From Desulfuromonadales bacterium (GTDB taxonomy: Bacteria; Desulfobacterota; Desulfuromonadia; Desulfuromonadales; SZUA-540), in the NCBI GenBank assembly GCA_033549025.1, contig JAWSUS010000007.1:85522-149521 (forward strand): DNA of 64,000 nt, given 5' to 3'. How positions within the stretch are numbered: the first letter of the stretch is position 1; each line of letters begins with the position of its first letter. The notes beneath the pieces are model-generated. The model was given only the letters and a program-made list of their open reading frames with translations. It ran no database searches and was not told the DNA's origin. Positions 38,819 through 48,952 of this stretch are shown in pieces. Both the position numbers and the translations under genes were made by a program.

Positions 38819-41497
38819 CTAACTGGCTGCGGCGAGGGCAGAGGAATCCGCGGCGTCTTCGACCAAATCACTGAACAGGCAGGAAAGGTCTCCCTGCTCA
38901 TCCAGCTGCAGGGTCATGATCTGCGGCATATCGTCTGCCACCATGAACTGCAGCAGGCTGCGTGCTACCCCGGTCATCACCTGCTGATCGATAAGGGTAT
39001 TGAGGGAGCGGGCGCCGAATTCAGGGGACTGACACCTGGCCGTCAGGTAATCGATGATCTCCGGGGAACAGCGCAAGGTGATGCCATGACTGTCGCCCAG
39101 CCGGCAGGCTATCTTGTCCAGCTTGAGGGCAGCGATCTGCTGCAGGGCCTGTTGGTCGAGGGGGCGCATGGGAACGACCTGCATCCGCGCCAGCAGGGCG
39201 GCGGGAAAGTGCCGGGCCAGATCCGGCTGGACGGCTTCGTGCAGTTCGGAGTACCCCGGCGTTTGGTCGGAGGTTTCCTTCTGCTCCAGGACCGACTCGT
39301 TCAGCGCGATGATGGCTTCGGTTCCCAGATTGCTGGTCATGATGAGGACCGTATTTTTGAAATCCACTTCACGCCCTTCGCCGTCGCGCATGAAGCCGCG
39401 GTCGAAAACCTGGTAGAACATGTTGAGCACATCGGGATGGGCTTTTTCCACTTCGTCGAGCAGAATGACGGAATAGGGCCGCTGACGCACGGCCTCGGTC
39501 AGGACACCTCCTTCGCCGTACCCCACATAGCCGGGAGGCGAGCCCTTGAGCTGCGATACCGAGTGGGCTTCCTGGTATTCGCTCATGTTGATCGTGACCA
39601 TGAAGCGTTCGCCGCCGTAAAGGACGTCGGCAATAGCGCGCGCCGTTTCCGTTTTGCCCACACCGCTGGGTCCTGTGAGCAGAAAGACGCCGATAGGCGC
39701 GTCTGCTTCGCCCAGACCAACCCGGTTGCTGCGCAGGGCTTGTCCGATGGCGTGAATGGCCTCGGTCTGCCCAACGATGCGCTGACCGAGCAGCGTTTCG
39801 AAGTCGAGCAGGCTGGCAAGGTCGCTCTTGACCATGCGGCCGACGGGAATGCCGGTCCAGTCGGCCACGACCTGAGCGATGGTTTCGGCGTTGACCTCCG
39901 GCTGCACCAGGGTCGATTCCTGCTGAATCTCCTGCAGATGCTGCTGCAGTTCTTCCACCTTGGCACTGTCACAGGGCTGTCGGCGCATCGCCTGAATCTG
40001 ACGGACCAGCTCCAGTTCCGCCTGCCAGCGTCCCTGCAGGGTTTTGACCTGTGTGGCGGTCTCCTCGTGTTGCTGGCGCAAGCGGTTCTGCACGGCTTCA
40101 TCCACCGGCAGTCCCAGATCGGTCTCCTCTTGCAGGTGGCGCAGACGACGTTCAACAAAGGCGAGCTGCTCCTGGGCACTGTCAAGCTCGGCTGGCGTGG
40201 CTGCCTGGCCCATGCAGACGCGTGCCGCGGCGGTGTCGAGCAGATCAATGGCTTTGTCGGGAAGAAAGCGGCCATTGATGTAGCGGCTGGAGAGGCGAAC
40301 GGCCGCCTCCACAGCCTGATCCGTAATCAGCGCCTTGTGGTGTTCCTGATAGTGGGATTTGAGGCCGTTGAGCATGACGATGGCTGTTTCTTCCGAGGGT
40401 TCGTCAATTTTGACCATCTGGAAACGGCGCTCCAGGGCGGCGTCCCGCTCGAAGTACTTCTTGTACTCAGACCAGGTGGTGGCGGCCAGAGTGCGCAGTT
40501 CACCTCGCGCCAAGGCCGGCTTGAGCAGGTTGGCGGCATCCCCCATACCTGCATCGCCGCCGGCGCCAATCAGGGTGTGGGCCTCATCGATAAAGAGAAT
40601 AATGGGGACATCACTGGCGCGGATCTCTTCGATAACGGACTTGAGGCGCTTCTCGAACTCCCCCTTGACTCCCGCGCCCGCCTGCAAGAGGCCCAGATCG
40701 AGACAGACCAGCCGCACATTTTTCAGACTATCGGGGACGCTCCCGGCGACAATGCGCAAAGCCAGTCCTTCCACCACGGCCGATTTCCCCACACCGGGCT
40801 CGCCCACGAGAATGGGGTTGTTCTTGCGGCGCCGGGTAAGAATGTCGATCATTTGACGGATTTCGTCGTTGCGGCCGAGAACCGGATCGATCTCCCCCGT
40901 TCTGGCCTTGGCGGTAAAGTCGGTGGTATAGGCGTCGAGATGCGGCGTGGGGCCCGTCACCTGACCGGGAGACGCGGTATTAGCTGAAGGGGGCGCAGTC
41001 GGGGCTGGTTCCAGGGAGGGCTGACCTTCCAAGGAGATAGCCAGAATCTGGGCCGCCTCCGCCTCGATCATTTCTCGGGAAAGGCCGTCCAGCAGCAGCC
41101 AGGCCTGCCCGGGGAGCAAGGGGGCGATTTCCAGCAAGGCTTCAAGCAGAGCCCGTGACCGGATTTGAGCCTGTGGGTCGTGCAGGGAGGTGAACGTCCA
41201 GGCCCGCTCCAACCATTCCAACAAATGATGGGAAAAGGCGGGCTTGTGATGATTGCCGCAGCGCCAGCGGGCCAGGTCGTCAAGCAGCTTTTGCCAGAGC
41301 TGGTCGAGGTTGATGCCGTAGTGGTGCAGCAGCAGGTCAAAATCCCCCTCGCCTCGTTCCAACAATTTGATAACGACATGCTCAAGCCCAATTTCGTAGT
41401 GGCCGCGCATGGCGGCAAAACTGGCGGCTGATTCGAGAGCATTAAGACAGTGCGGGTTCAGCTTTTCAAGCAGCCTTTTGATGTGAGTCGATCTCAT
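38819..41497 (-). CDS. tssH: T6SS ATPase TssH/ClpV
   Basis: RRRKNNPILVGEPGVGKS, GPSGVGKTE, LKGSPPGYVGYGEGG; T6SS context. Confidence 0.93.
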   Translation of the reverse strand: MRSTHIKRLLEKLNPHCLNALESAASFAAMRGHYEIGLEHVVIKLLERGEGDFDLLLHHYGINLDQLWQKLLDDLARWRCGNHHKPAFSHHLLEWLERAWTFTSLHDPQAQIRSRALLEALLEIAPLLPGQAWLLLDGLSREMIEAEAAQILAISLEGQPSLEPAPTAPPSANTASPGQVTGPTPHLDAYTTDFTAKARTGEIDPVLGRNDEIRQMIDILTRRRKNNPILVGEPGVGKSAVVEGLALRIVAGSVPDSLKNVRLVCLDLGLLQAGAGVKGEFEKRLKSVIEEIRASDVPIILFIDEAHTLIGAGGDAGMGDAANLLKPALARGELRTLAATTWSEYKKYFERDAALERRFQMVKIDEPSEETAIVMLNGLKSHYQEHHKALITDQAVEAAVRLSSRYINGRFLPDKAIDLLDTAAARVCMGQAATPAELDSAQEQLAFVERRLRHLQEETDLGLPVDEAVQNRLRQQHEETATQVKTLQGRWQAELELVRQIQAMRRQPCDSAKVEELQQHLQEIQQESTLVQPEVNAETIAQVVADWTGIPVGRMVKSDLASLLDFETLLGQRIVGQTEAIHAIGQALRSNRVGLGEADAPIGVFLLTGPSGVGKTETARAIADVLYGGERFMVTINMSEYQEAHSVSQLKGSPPGYVGYGEGGVLTEAVRQRPYSVILLDEVEKAHPDVLNMFYQVFDRGFMRDGEGREVDFKNTVLIMTSNLGTEAIIALNESVLEQKETSDQTPGYSELHEAVQPDLARHFPAALLARMQVVPMRPLDQQALQQIAALKLDKIACRLGDSHGITLRCSPEIIDYLTARCQSPEFGARSLNTLIDQQVMTGVARSLLQFMVADDMPQIMTLQLDEQGDLSCLFSDLVEDAADSSALAAAS

Positions 41498-41529
41498 GAT
41501 TCCCCCGAAGAGTACGGATTAAAAAATGA

Positions 41530-42525
41530 TCAAGCTGCCAGGTGAAGGCGACCTGGCCCTGATGCTGTGGTGGTTTGACGGCAGGCGGCCAGGCTGGCGG
41601 AAGACAGGAGCACGCGCTGGCCTTGAGGTGCCGCCGTGCCCAGCCAGCAGCCCCAGCCCAGAATGAGGTGAGGGTTGCCGAGGCAAGCGGCCTGACCCGT
41701 CGCCGGCTGGATGTTCAGCTCCAAATCGTAGTCGAGTCCCGGTTCCAGATAGCCCCCCAGCAGGCTGGCGACGGCCCGGGCCAGAGGCTCTCCCGGACGT
41801 AAAGCCAGCGCTTTTTCAAAAGACAGCGGGCCGGCGAGAATGCGGACATGGCTGTTCACATCCAAAAGGCGGTCGCCCAACAGGGCGTTGCTCCCCAGGA
41901 GGCACTCTTCACCCAATTTGGCGGGTTCATCTATGCCGATCCAGCGGGGAACGTTCTGCCGCAGACGAACAGGGGCGTCGAGAAAGTCGGCCAGCATGCC
42001 GCACAGGGCCTGGCTGCTTCGGATGCGGGTACCAAATACACCGGCGTAGTCGATTCGCCCCGTAGCGGCCGACATGCCGGAGAAGGCGGTCAGATACCGG
42101 CTGTAGAGACTTTTTGTGCCGCCGTGGTGGTTCAGTTTTTTCCAGGCCATGAACAGCAGGGTATACAGGCGCTGGCTGAACAGGTTTAAAAAGGCGCTCA
42201 GCTCGTCGCTGCCGTCCTTGTCCCGGGCCGTGATGTCGTTGAAATACTGGGGCAGCGGGGAGTCGACGCCGTAGAGCCCCATGAAGTTCAGTTCGAGACG
42301 ATAGCGCTGATCCCGGTCGCGAAAGCAGCGGCGTATCTCACCGGCGGGATAGGAGAGCTCCCGGGCAGGAGTCAGGACGATGAAGCGATGCAGCTCCTGG
42401 TCCCCATCCCCTCCACGACAGCTCATTTCCAGCAGATGAAGCGCCTGAAAAGCGGTGTAGGCTGACGGTCGGGCAAGCAGGTCTTCGATCAGATGAGAAA
42501 GTTTTCCCCGAGCAAAGGTTCCCAT
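41530..42525 (-). CDS. tssG: T6SS baseplate TssG
   Basis: FQALHLLE, FMGLYGVDSPLP, FLNLFSQRL, LGWGCWLG. Confidence 0.88.
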   Translation of the reverse strand: MGTFARGKLSHLIEDLLARPSAYTAFQALHLLEMSCRGGDGDQELHRFIVLTPARELSYPAGEIRRCFRDRDQRYRLELNFMGLYGVDSPLPQYFNDITARDKDGSDELSAFLNLFSQRLYTLLFMAWKKLNHHGGTKSLYSRYLTAFSGMSAATGRIDYAGVFGTRIRSSQALCGMLADFLDAPVRLRQNVPRWIGIDEPAKLGEECLLGSNALLGDRLLDVNSHVRILAGPLSFEKALALRPGEPLARAVASLLGGYLEPGLDYDLELNIQPATGQAACLGNPHLILGWGCWLGTAAPQGQRVLLSSASLAACRQTTTASGPGRLHLAA

Positions 42526-44246
42526 ATCAATTCACTTTTAGACGGGCTCAGCTGTGAGCCAGTTTGCACAAAGGCGTTGACGGTGACATACATGGTGAAA
42601 AAATGGTGCAAAATGGTGCCAAAGAGATAGGCATCCGCCGGGGACAGGTAATCCCTTTCAGCCATCTCCAGCTGAATATCCACGCCGCGCAGCAGGGCCC
42701 CCCGGTGGACGCGGTGCAGAGGTTTCAGCTGGATTTCGGTGATGCCTCGAATGCGTCGCCGGTTCTGAGGCTGATCGCTCCAGTTATAGAGCATGAGGAG
42801 TTGCCGAAGGTTGTCCCGGCTGACCAGGCTGTTGTAGCCGACGCTCAGATGGGTCACCAGAGCCATGCGGTAGTCGGCGCGCTGGGGCGGCAGCCGCATG
42901 GGGGTGGGGCGCGTGATGTTACAGGCCGTGACATTGGTCGGAAAACCCTGCCCCGGCGCCCGGATGTCGCCCGTCTGCAAATGGTCCCTGGGGACGTTTC
43001 CGTTAAAGACGGTGATGTCGCAGGAGAGAGTCTCGGGCTCTTCGCTCAAGGCGCCCCCGATCGCGAGGTAGGTCTGGGGGCGCAGACCTTCGCGGTGGCG
43101 ATGGCCGACCTGAAAATAAGATTCATGGTGGCCGCCGTGATCGAACTGGGGCAGGGGAGCATAGTTTTTTCGCAGCCCCGTCCGCGGTTGGGCGCCGGTC
43201 ACGCCGTTGACGCTGTAGACCTGCAGGCTGGCCGAATTGTTGTTGTTGGCGATAACCGGGTATTCCCATTGGCGGTGATGGCGCTGGATCGGTTCGCTAC
43301 TGCTTTCAAACAGATTGATGGCCGGGGCGCAATGCAGGCGAAAGTTGTCTTTGCTCAGGCGCAGATCGTCGCCGAGAGGCTCCCGCAGGTGGCAAAGGAT
43401 CTCGAATTCACAGCAGTCGTCCGGCCAGGTCAGGCGATCCAGGTGATGTACGGCGACGAAGAGATACTTCTCCGGAAAGCAGAAGTATTCGTGCAGGAGG
43501 TGAAAACCGGGAAAATCGCGGCCGGATGAAGGAATCATGACCTGGTCGGGATCAAGATGGCAGGGCTTTACGGTTTCTTGCCCTCCCAGCCGGAACGGCG
43601 GATTTGGGTGGCCCGGATAGGCGATTTCGACCTGAGCGATCTGTGCGGTGAAGCTGTGGTAGAGTTCCATGGCGGTGGAATGGTCGCCATGGAGATAGAT
43701 TTTCAGACTTTTCAGATCGAGTTCGTCAGGGGAAACGTCGTGGTCCAACTGGAAGTGCAGGCGGGCCGTCTGGCGGCCGTGCACCGGGGTGTCGAGCTGA
43801 AAGTTTGCCAGCCGCAGGGGCTGCAGCTCCACCTCGCTGGTCGTCCGGAAGCGGCAGTGAACCCGTTCGTCCAGGGCTCCTGGCCCTTGTCCCGGCACGT
43901 TGATGCTGCCGCTGGAGAGCTGGGTTCCCCGGGGCAGGATCAGGGTCTGCGGCAGCTGTCCCGGCCGGGGTGTGAACTGCATGATGCAGCAGGAGGGAAA
44001 GGGCCGTAGAAAGCAAGGGCGCACATGGCTGAGCAGGGCTTCGGACAGCTCGGGGATGTCATTGTCGATGCGCTGCTTGACCTCGGCCGTCAGAAAAGCC
44101 ATCCCCTCCAGCAGGCGTTCCACATAAGGGTCGCGATCCTTGACATCCAGCAGATTCAGCAGGCGCGCCTTTTCGGGAAAGGCCCGGGCGAACTCCTGGG
44201 CCGTTTCCTGCAAAAGGCGCATTTCGGCATCGAAGTAACTACCCAT
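42489..44246 (-). CDS. tssF: T6SS baseplate TssF
   Basis: DPYVERLLEGMAFL, LLHEYFCFPEKYLF, LHCAPAINLF. Confidence 0.92.
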   Translation of the reverse strand: MGSYFDAEMRLLQETAQEFARAFPEKARLLNLLDVKDRDPYVERLLEGMAFLTAEVKQRIDNDIPELSEALLSHVRPCFLRPFPSCCIMQFTPRPGQLPQTLILPRGTQLSSGSINVPGQGPGALDERVHCRFRTTSEVELQPLRLANFQLDTPVHGRQTARLHFQLDHDVSPDELDLKSLKIYLHGDHSTAMELYHSFTAQIAQVEIAYPGHPNPPFRLGGQETVKPCHLDPDQVMIPSSGRDFPGFHLLHEYFCFPEKYLFVAVHHLDRLTWPDDCCEFEILCHLREPLGDDLRLSKDNFRLHCAPAINLFESSSEPIQRHHRQWEYPVIANNNNSASLQVYSVNGVTGAQPRTGLRKNYAPLPQFDHGGHHESYFQVGHRHREGLRPQTYLAIGGALSEEPETLSCDITVFNGNVPRDHLQTGDIRAPGQGFPTNVTACNITRPTPMRLPPQRADYRMALVTHLSVGYNSLVSRDNLRQLLMLYNWSDQPQNRRRIRGITEIQLKPLHRVHRGALLRGVDIQLEMAERDYLSPADAYLFGTILHHFFTMYVTVNAFVQTGSQLSPSKSELIWEPLLGENFLI

Positions 44247-44661
44247 GGTAATAATCTCCTCCGGTCGAAACGGCAATGTGGCCGCTGCGAAAGAGGGTCA
44301 CCAGGTAGCGGACCCGCTGATGCCCCGGCAGAGCCCCGCAGAGTTCGAAGGCAGTCCCCCCTTGGTTGCCCTCCAGAGCCAGGGCGCGCACTTGCGGATG
44401 CTGCAGCCGGGGCTCGTAGAGGGAGACGCTTTGACGCAGGCAGGCCATGATCTGGTCCCGGGAATAGGGGAGGGCCAGGTAGAGCGCCGCGATGTCCGGC
44501 ATCCCGTAATCGGGGAGGTGGACTAGAGAGCCCCTGCGCGAATTGAACAGGCGCTGCAGATGGTCTCTGACGCTCTGGCAGGCGGCGTCTCGGCCGCTGG
44601 TGCGTGAGTTCAACGGCGCGGCGTCAGGGCGCGTGAGTATGTCGAGAATGGTCTGGGTCAT
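44239..44661 (-). CDS. tssE: T6SS baseplate TssE (gp25-like)
   Basis: LFNSRRG, PDYGMPD, YEPRL. Confidence 0.88.
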   Translation of the reverse strand: MTQTILDILTRPDAAPLNSRTSGRDAACQSVRDHLQRLFNSRRGSLVHLPDYGMPDIAALYLALPYSRDQIMACLRQSVSLYEPRLQHPQVRALALEGNQGGTAFELCGALPGHQRVRYLVTLFRSGHIAVSTGGDYYHG

Positions 44662-44683
44662 AAAATTCGAAGGCCATCAATAA

Positions 44684-44712
44684 GCCGTACAGGGATTGGC
44701 TCCCTGTACGGC
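44684..44712 (-). terminator. Stem-loop downstream of hcp
   Basis: GCCGTACAGGGA-TTGGC-TCCCTGTACGGC perfect 12-bp stem. Confidence 0.6.
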
Positions 44713-44720
44713 GTGGTGGT

Positions 44721-45206
44721 TTAGCGTCCTTCCGTCCAGGAGTCGGAGAAGGAGATATTGCCGTCCGTGTAGGCCCAGGTGATCTTGGCATAGCGACAAG
44801 CGACCTGCTCCAGGTGGGGATACCGTTCCTTGTCCAGATCCTTGACGTTGTGCATCGTCGGTTTGACCGAGGTGATCTTGACGTTCTCCAGGGTGTGGGA
44901 GAAATATTCCTCCTCGGTGCCGGTGTCGTTGATGCGATACCATTTCAATTCGATCTTTTTCAGGGTCTGCCCGTTGCTGCAGGCCTTGTACAGATAAGGG
45001 GTGGCGTTGTCGAAGGCTTTCAGAAAAATGAAAGGTTCGTGCTTGCGGGTGCCGGTCAGGCTGCCGGTATCGCTGTCGGTCGGGATGCGCAGCTCATGGT
45101 CGAAACCGAGAATTTCGATAGTCCCTTCGCGACCGGAAACCTTGACCGGACCCTCTACCTTGGACCCCTGGTCGTCAAGAATGGTCATGTAGCCTGGAAT
45201 TGCCAT
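44721..45206 (-). CDS. hcp: T6SS tube protein Hcp/TssD
   Basis: MAIPGYM, GREGTIE, TGTRKH, TPYLYKA, HLEQV..Y.KITW; GAGGAGG RBS. Confidence 0.93.
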   Translation of the reverse strand: MAIPGYMTILDDQGSKVEGPVKVSGREGTIEILGFDHELRIPTDSDTGSLTGTRKHEPFIFLKAFDNATPYLYKACSNGQTLKKIELKWYRINDTGTEEEYFSHTLENVKITSVKPTMHNVKDLDKERYPHLEQVACRYAKITWAYTDGNISFSDSWTEGR

Positions 45207-45280
45207 ACTTTTCCTCCTCTTGGACATTAGTGGCGGTGCTCTACGCACCGGTTATAAGTTGGATGCCCTGTGGCTGGTAA

Positions 45281-46822
45281 TCAGTTGTTATCGCGGGGCA
45301 TCTGCGCGACAAGCTTGAGCTGTACATCCACCCCTTCGATCTGGAAGTGGGGCTGAACAAAGAGATCAACGCTGAAATAGCCCGGGTTCTCCGGGATTTC
45401 CTTGACCGTAACCTTGCCGTCGCGCAGGGGGTGCGTGGCGATGAGTTCGGGTTCCGGGTCTTTCATTTTGGTGACCAGGGTTTGCAGCCAGCCGTTCAAT
45501 TCGTTTTCCAGAACCTGGCGGCTCTTGGATGAACCAATATTCTCCCGCTGCAGCACTTTGAGGTAGTGGGCCAGCCTGGAGACCAGAAAGATATAGGGCA
45601 GCCGCGAATTGATCATGCTGTTGGCATTGGCGCTGGCATCGGCATATTCCGCCGGTCTCTGTACCGAATTCGCCGAGAAAAAACAGGCGAAGTCGCTGTT
45701 CTTGTAGTAGCTCAGGGGGATAAAGCCGAGGTTGGCCATTTCCAGTTCGCGCGTTTCGGAGATAAGCATCTCCGTCGGCATTTTCATCTGCATGCCCTTG
45801 CCCGTGTCGTGCATGTGGACCGGCAGGTTGGCGACCTTGCCGCCCGCTTCCGGACCACGGATGTTGACGGCCCAACCGTGCTGAGCGAAGCTCTGGGCGA
45901 TGTTGCCGGCAAAGGCGAAGACCGGGTTGCCGAACAGGTAATTGTGGTGATCCTGGCCACTGACGTCTTCTTCGTAGTTGAAGGTTCGCACGGGTGTGCT
46001 GTCCTGGCCGTAGGGAAGGCGAAGCAGGAAGCGGGGCGTCAGCAGGCCGATATAGCGGGCGTCTTCGGTGGCCCGGAAACTTTTCCAGCGGGTATATTCG
46101 GCTTTTTCCATGTAATTGGTGAGATCGTTGATCTTGGCGATTTCGTCGACACTTTCCTTGCCGAAGAAGCGGGCACCCACCGAAGCCAGAAATGGACAGT
46201 GCGCACTGGCGGACACCTTGGAAATGTCACGCAAAAGGGCGGTGTCCTGGGCCGAATTGTCGAATTCATAGTTGCCGATGATGGATGAAAAGGGCTCGCC
46301 ACCGGGGGTGTCGTATTCATTGACGTAGACGTGACGATAGAGGCCGGTCTGAATAATTTCCGGGGCTTCCTCGAAGTCCTCCCGCAGATCCTCCTTGGTG
46401 CAATCCAGAATTTCGACCTTGGTGTTGCGGCGGAAGTCACAGCGATCCACCAGAAACTGGAGTCCCCGCCAGGAACTCTCGATCTGCTGGAAGCTGGGAT
46501 GATGCAGAATGGCGTCGAGTTGCCCGCTGATGGTTTGATCAATCTGGGCGATATAGCGATCCAGCAGCACCTTGTCGATGCGCTCGATCTGGGCGCTGTT
46601 GCGGGCGGTCAGGTCAAGAAACACCTGGATGCCGGCGGTGAGGCGTTGCTGCAGAGAGATGTCCGCCATCTGCGAGGCATCGGCGAAGCGGGTCAATTGA
46701 ATGGATTCCCGCAGCGGATCGATATCGACCAGTTTGCACAGGCGTTCATAGGCGTTCTCGGCGTCGAGAACACGTTCTTCCGGGCTTGCGTTTAACTTGG
46801 CGACGGCTTGCTGTGTGCTCAT
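45281..46822 (-). CDS. tssC: T6SS sheath large subunit TssC
   Basis: ILHHPSFQQIESSWRGL, EYDTPGGEP, PRFLLRLPYG, FFSANS, RLAHYLKV. Confidence 0.95.
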   Translation of the reverse strand: MSTQQAVAKLNASPEERVLDAENAYERLCKLVDIDPLRESIQLTRFADASQMADISLQQRLTAGIQVFLDLTARNSAQIERIDKVLLDRYIAQIDQTISGQLDAILHHPSFQQIESSWRGLQFLVDRCDFRRNTKVEILDCTKEDLREDFEEAPEIIQTGLYRHVYVNEYDTPGGEPFSSIIGNYEFDNSAQDTALLRDISKVSASAHCPFLASVGARFFGKESVDEIAKINDLTNYMEKAEYTRWKSFRATEDARYIGLLTPRFLLRLPYGQDSTPVRTFNYEEDVSGQDHHNYLFGNPVFAFAGNIAQSFAQHGWAVNIRGPEAGGKVANLPVHMHDTGKGMQMKMPTEMLISETRELEMANLGFIPLSYYKNSDFACFFSANSVQRPAEYADASANANSMINSRLPYIFLVSRLAHYLKVLQRENIGSSKSRQVLENELNGWLQTLVTKMKDPEPELIATHPLRDGKVTVKEIPENPGYFSVDLFVQPHFQIEGVDVQLKLVAQMPRDNN

Positions 46823-46842
46823 AGATATTTTCTCCCAGGGGA

Positions 46843-47370
46843 TTAAATGCTGCGAATGTCCACGGCGGCGGTCTGTTCGGCCTGAACGAGCCACTTTTCC
46901 AGTTCTTTTTTAAGGCCTTCCAGCTGCGGTTGATTGCCGACGATCTTTTCCAGCTCCTTGCGGAACTTGGCGTTGTCCAGCAGGTTGGATTTGAGATCTT
47001 TCAGCAGATTGCGCATGGCCATAAGACTGTGCAGTTCGGGAATCTGCTGGGCGACATGGTCGGGGCGAAAATCCTTCATCGACTTGAAGGAGAGACCAAC
47101 TGAAATTTCACTGCCATCGTTGGCCAGCAGATTGGGCACGTCCACCCGGGCCGAGGGAGCCAGATCGGCCATGACGGATTCAAAGTTGTCTTTGTTAATG
47201 GTGATCCTTTCCCGGTCCGCCACTTTGCCCTTGGTCTGGCCGTTACTGAAATCTCCCATAACCAGCATTTTCAGGGGGAGTTCCATCTTCTTTTTGTGGC
47301 CGCCGGATTCCACGTCCAGGGACAGGTTGATGCGGGCCTTGGGTATCTCTTTTTGATAACTGTCACTCAT
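46843..47370 (-). CDS. tssB: T6SS sheath small subunit TssB
   Basis: RINL, ELPLKMLVMGDF, FKSMKDFRPD, IPEL..MRNLL.DLK. Confidence 0.93.
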   Translation of the reverse strand: MSDSYQKEIPKARINLSLDVESGGHKKKMELPLKMLVMGDFSNGQTKGKVADRERITINKDNFESVMADLAPSARVDVPNLLANDGSEISVGLSFKSMKDFRPDHVAQQIPELHSLMAMRNLLKDLKSNLLDNAKFRKELEKIVGNQPQLEGLKKELEKWLVQAEQTAAVDIRSI

Positions 47371-47428
47371 CCTTCGTCTCCTTCACTGCCGGGGGGTCCG
47401 GCGGGTTGTTTAATAAGCAAAACGGATT

Positions 47429-48952
47429 TCAGACAAAGCTGGCCGCCGCCCCGACATCGATGCGGCAGGCCAGTTTCTGCAGATGTTCGATCTGTTCCGT
47501 CAGCCGGCTTTTGAGCTCCTTCTCGGCGCCCTTGAGCATGCCCTGTAACAAAGCCGTGTGCTGGCGTAGTACTTCGACGGTTAGTTCAGGCTCCCAGGTC
47601 GACAGCGGCTCCTCAAGCAGGCGCGATTCCATCTCTTCGAACAGAACCTGGGCAATGGTCGCCTTGCCGGCGGCGAGGCAGAGTTGCGCTTCGGTCATCT
47701 TCTTGTGCAGACGCTGTTTTTCGGTCCCCATGGGAAGGGATCGCAGGCATTGAAGAGCCTCGGCGAGCTTTTTGTTGCGGGCCAGGGGCAGGGCTTCAGC
47801 CAGAACTTCATTCCGGATGGCCTCTTCGGTGTCGCTTTCAGCGCAAGTGTGGGCCCTCGCCGGGACTTCCTGCCAGGTCTGCATCCACGTCTGGCAAGCG
47901 GTTCCGGTAAAGGGTGTGCCGTCGGCAAAGCTCAGCTCGGTCAACTGCGGATGACGCTCCAGCAGATCCCGCAGGCTGTTACGGATGAAGAGAGATATAT
48001 CCGCGCGGCCCATCTGGTCCGCCGCGCTGGCGGCCTGCCACTGGAGGTCGAAGTAAAGGTGAAATCCGGGCTCGAAAAAGAGTTTTTCGCAGCAGCACAG
48101 GGCCTCGATACCCGAGTCGGCTGTCAGCTTCTGCTGCAGCTCGGCCCAGCCGCTGGGTCTGGGCGGCGGGATGCGGGTCAGGCCGTTTTCGTCAGGGGGG
48201 ACACCCAGGTTGCCCCAGCGCAGGGCCCGTGAAAAACCAAGGGCCCGCAGCCATTCCCCGCCCTCCAGCAGTCGGGTGTGCAGCTGGCGTGTCACCGTGG
48301 TCAGGTCGTGCTCAGAGGCCAAGGACAGCGTCGCCGTGGTCGGCACGGAAGCCGGCCCTCCCGAGGGCTCTTCCGAGGCGGCGGGACGCGAAACGGAGGC
48401 CGCGGCCGGTGCTTCAGGTGGCCGCTGTTTGAGGCGTTTATCGAGCCAGCCAGCCAGGGAGCTCAGGCGAGGAACTTCGTCGCCCAAGTGTTCCGTCAAC
48501 AGGTGGTTGATCGCGGCGGTTTCCTCCTGAAGGTTCTGCAACAGAGCCGTTTCGGCCTTTTCTTCGTGCAACTCGACAAAAGAGACCAGCCGGGGATTGT
48601 TCAGCAGGCCCAGGGCCGCCACGCGGGCATTTTCATGGCGGGGAAAACAGTCCGCCCACAGATTTTCGAGCAACCCTCGGTAACAGCGCAGGGCGTCCAG
48701 AAGGCCGGCCGGACCATCGACATAAGTCGTTGACAGCAGATGGTAGCCAGCCAGGCGCAGATCTTTACTGGTCGCGCTGAGAAGCTTGCGGCAGAGTTTG
48801 GTCACTTCCGGATAGTCGGTGCCCTGGAGTTTGTCGAGCTCTTCCTTGATGAACAGGAATTCGTCCAGATAGCGGGGATCGGTGCCGGCCGGCGAGTCGC
48901 TTGTCAGTGGACGGCATATATCGGCTACCCAGGGTTCAGGTGAATAGGTCAT
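47429..48952 (-). CDS. tssA: T6SS TssA (ImpA N-domain with VasJ-like C-terminus)
   Basis: PAGTDPRY, SKDLRL, FPR, FDLQ, LSFADGTPF, WEP. Confidence 0.85.
   Translation of the reverse strand: MTYSPEPWVADICRPLTSDSPAGTDPRYLDEFLFIKEELDKLQGTDYPEVTKLCRKLLSATSKDLRLAGYHLLSTTYVDGPAGLLDALRCYRGLLENLWADCFPRHENARVAALGLLNNPRLVSFVELHEEKAETALLQNLQEETAAINHLLTEHLGDEVPRLSSLAGWLDKRLKQRPPEAPAAASVSRPAASEEPSGGPASVPTTATLSLASEHDLTTVTRQLHTRLLEGGEWLRALGFSRALRWGNLGVPPDENGLTRIPPPRPSGWAELQQKLTADSGIEALCCCEKLFFEPGFHLYFDLQWQAASAADQMGRADISLFIRNSLRDLLERHPQLTELSFADGTPFTGTACQTWMQTWQEVPARAHTCAESDTEEAIRNEVLAEALPLARNKKLAEALQCLRSLPMGTEKQRLHKKMTEAQLCLAAGKATIAQVLFEEMESRLLEEPLSTWEPELTVEVLRQHTALLQGMLKGAEKELKSRLTEQIEHLQKLACRIDVGAAASFV

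Noticed and set aside
38564..40987. 807-aa plus-strand ORF
   Set aside because: Antisense shadow of tssH in GC-rich DNA; no recognisable motifs.
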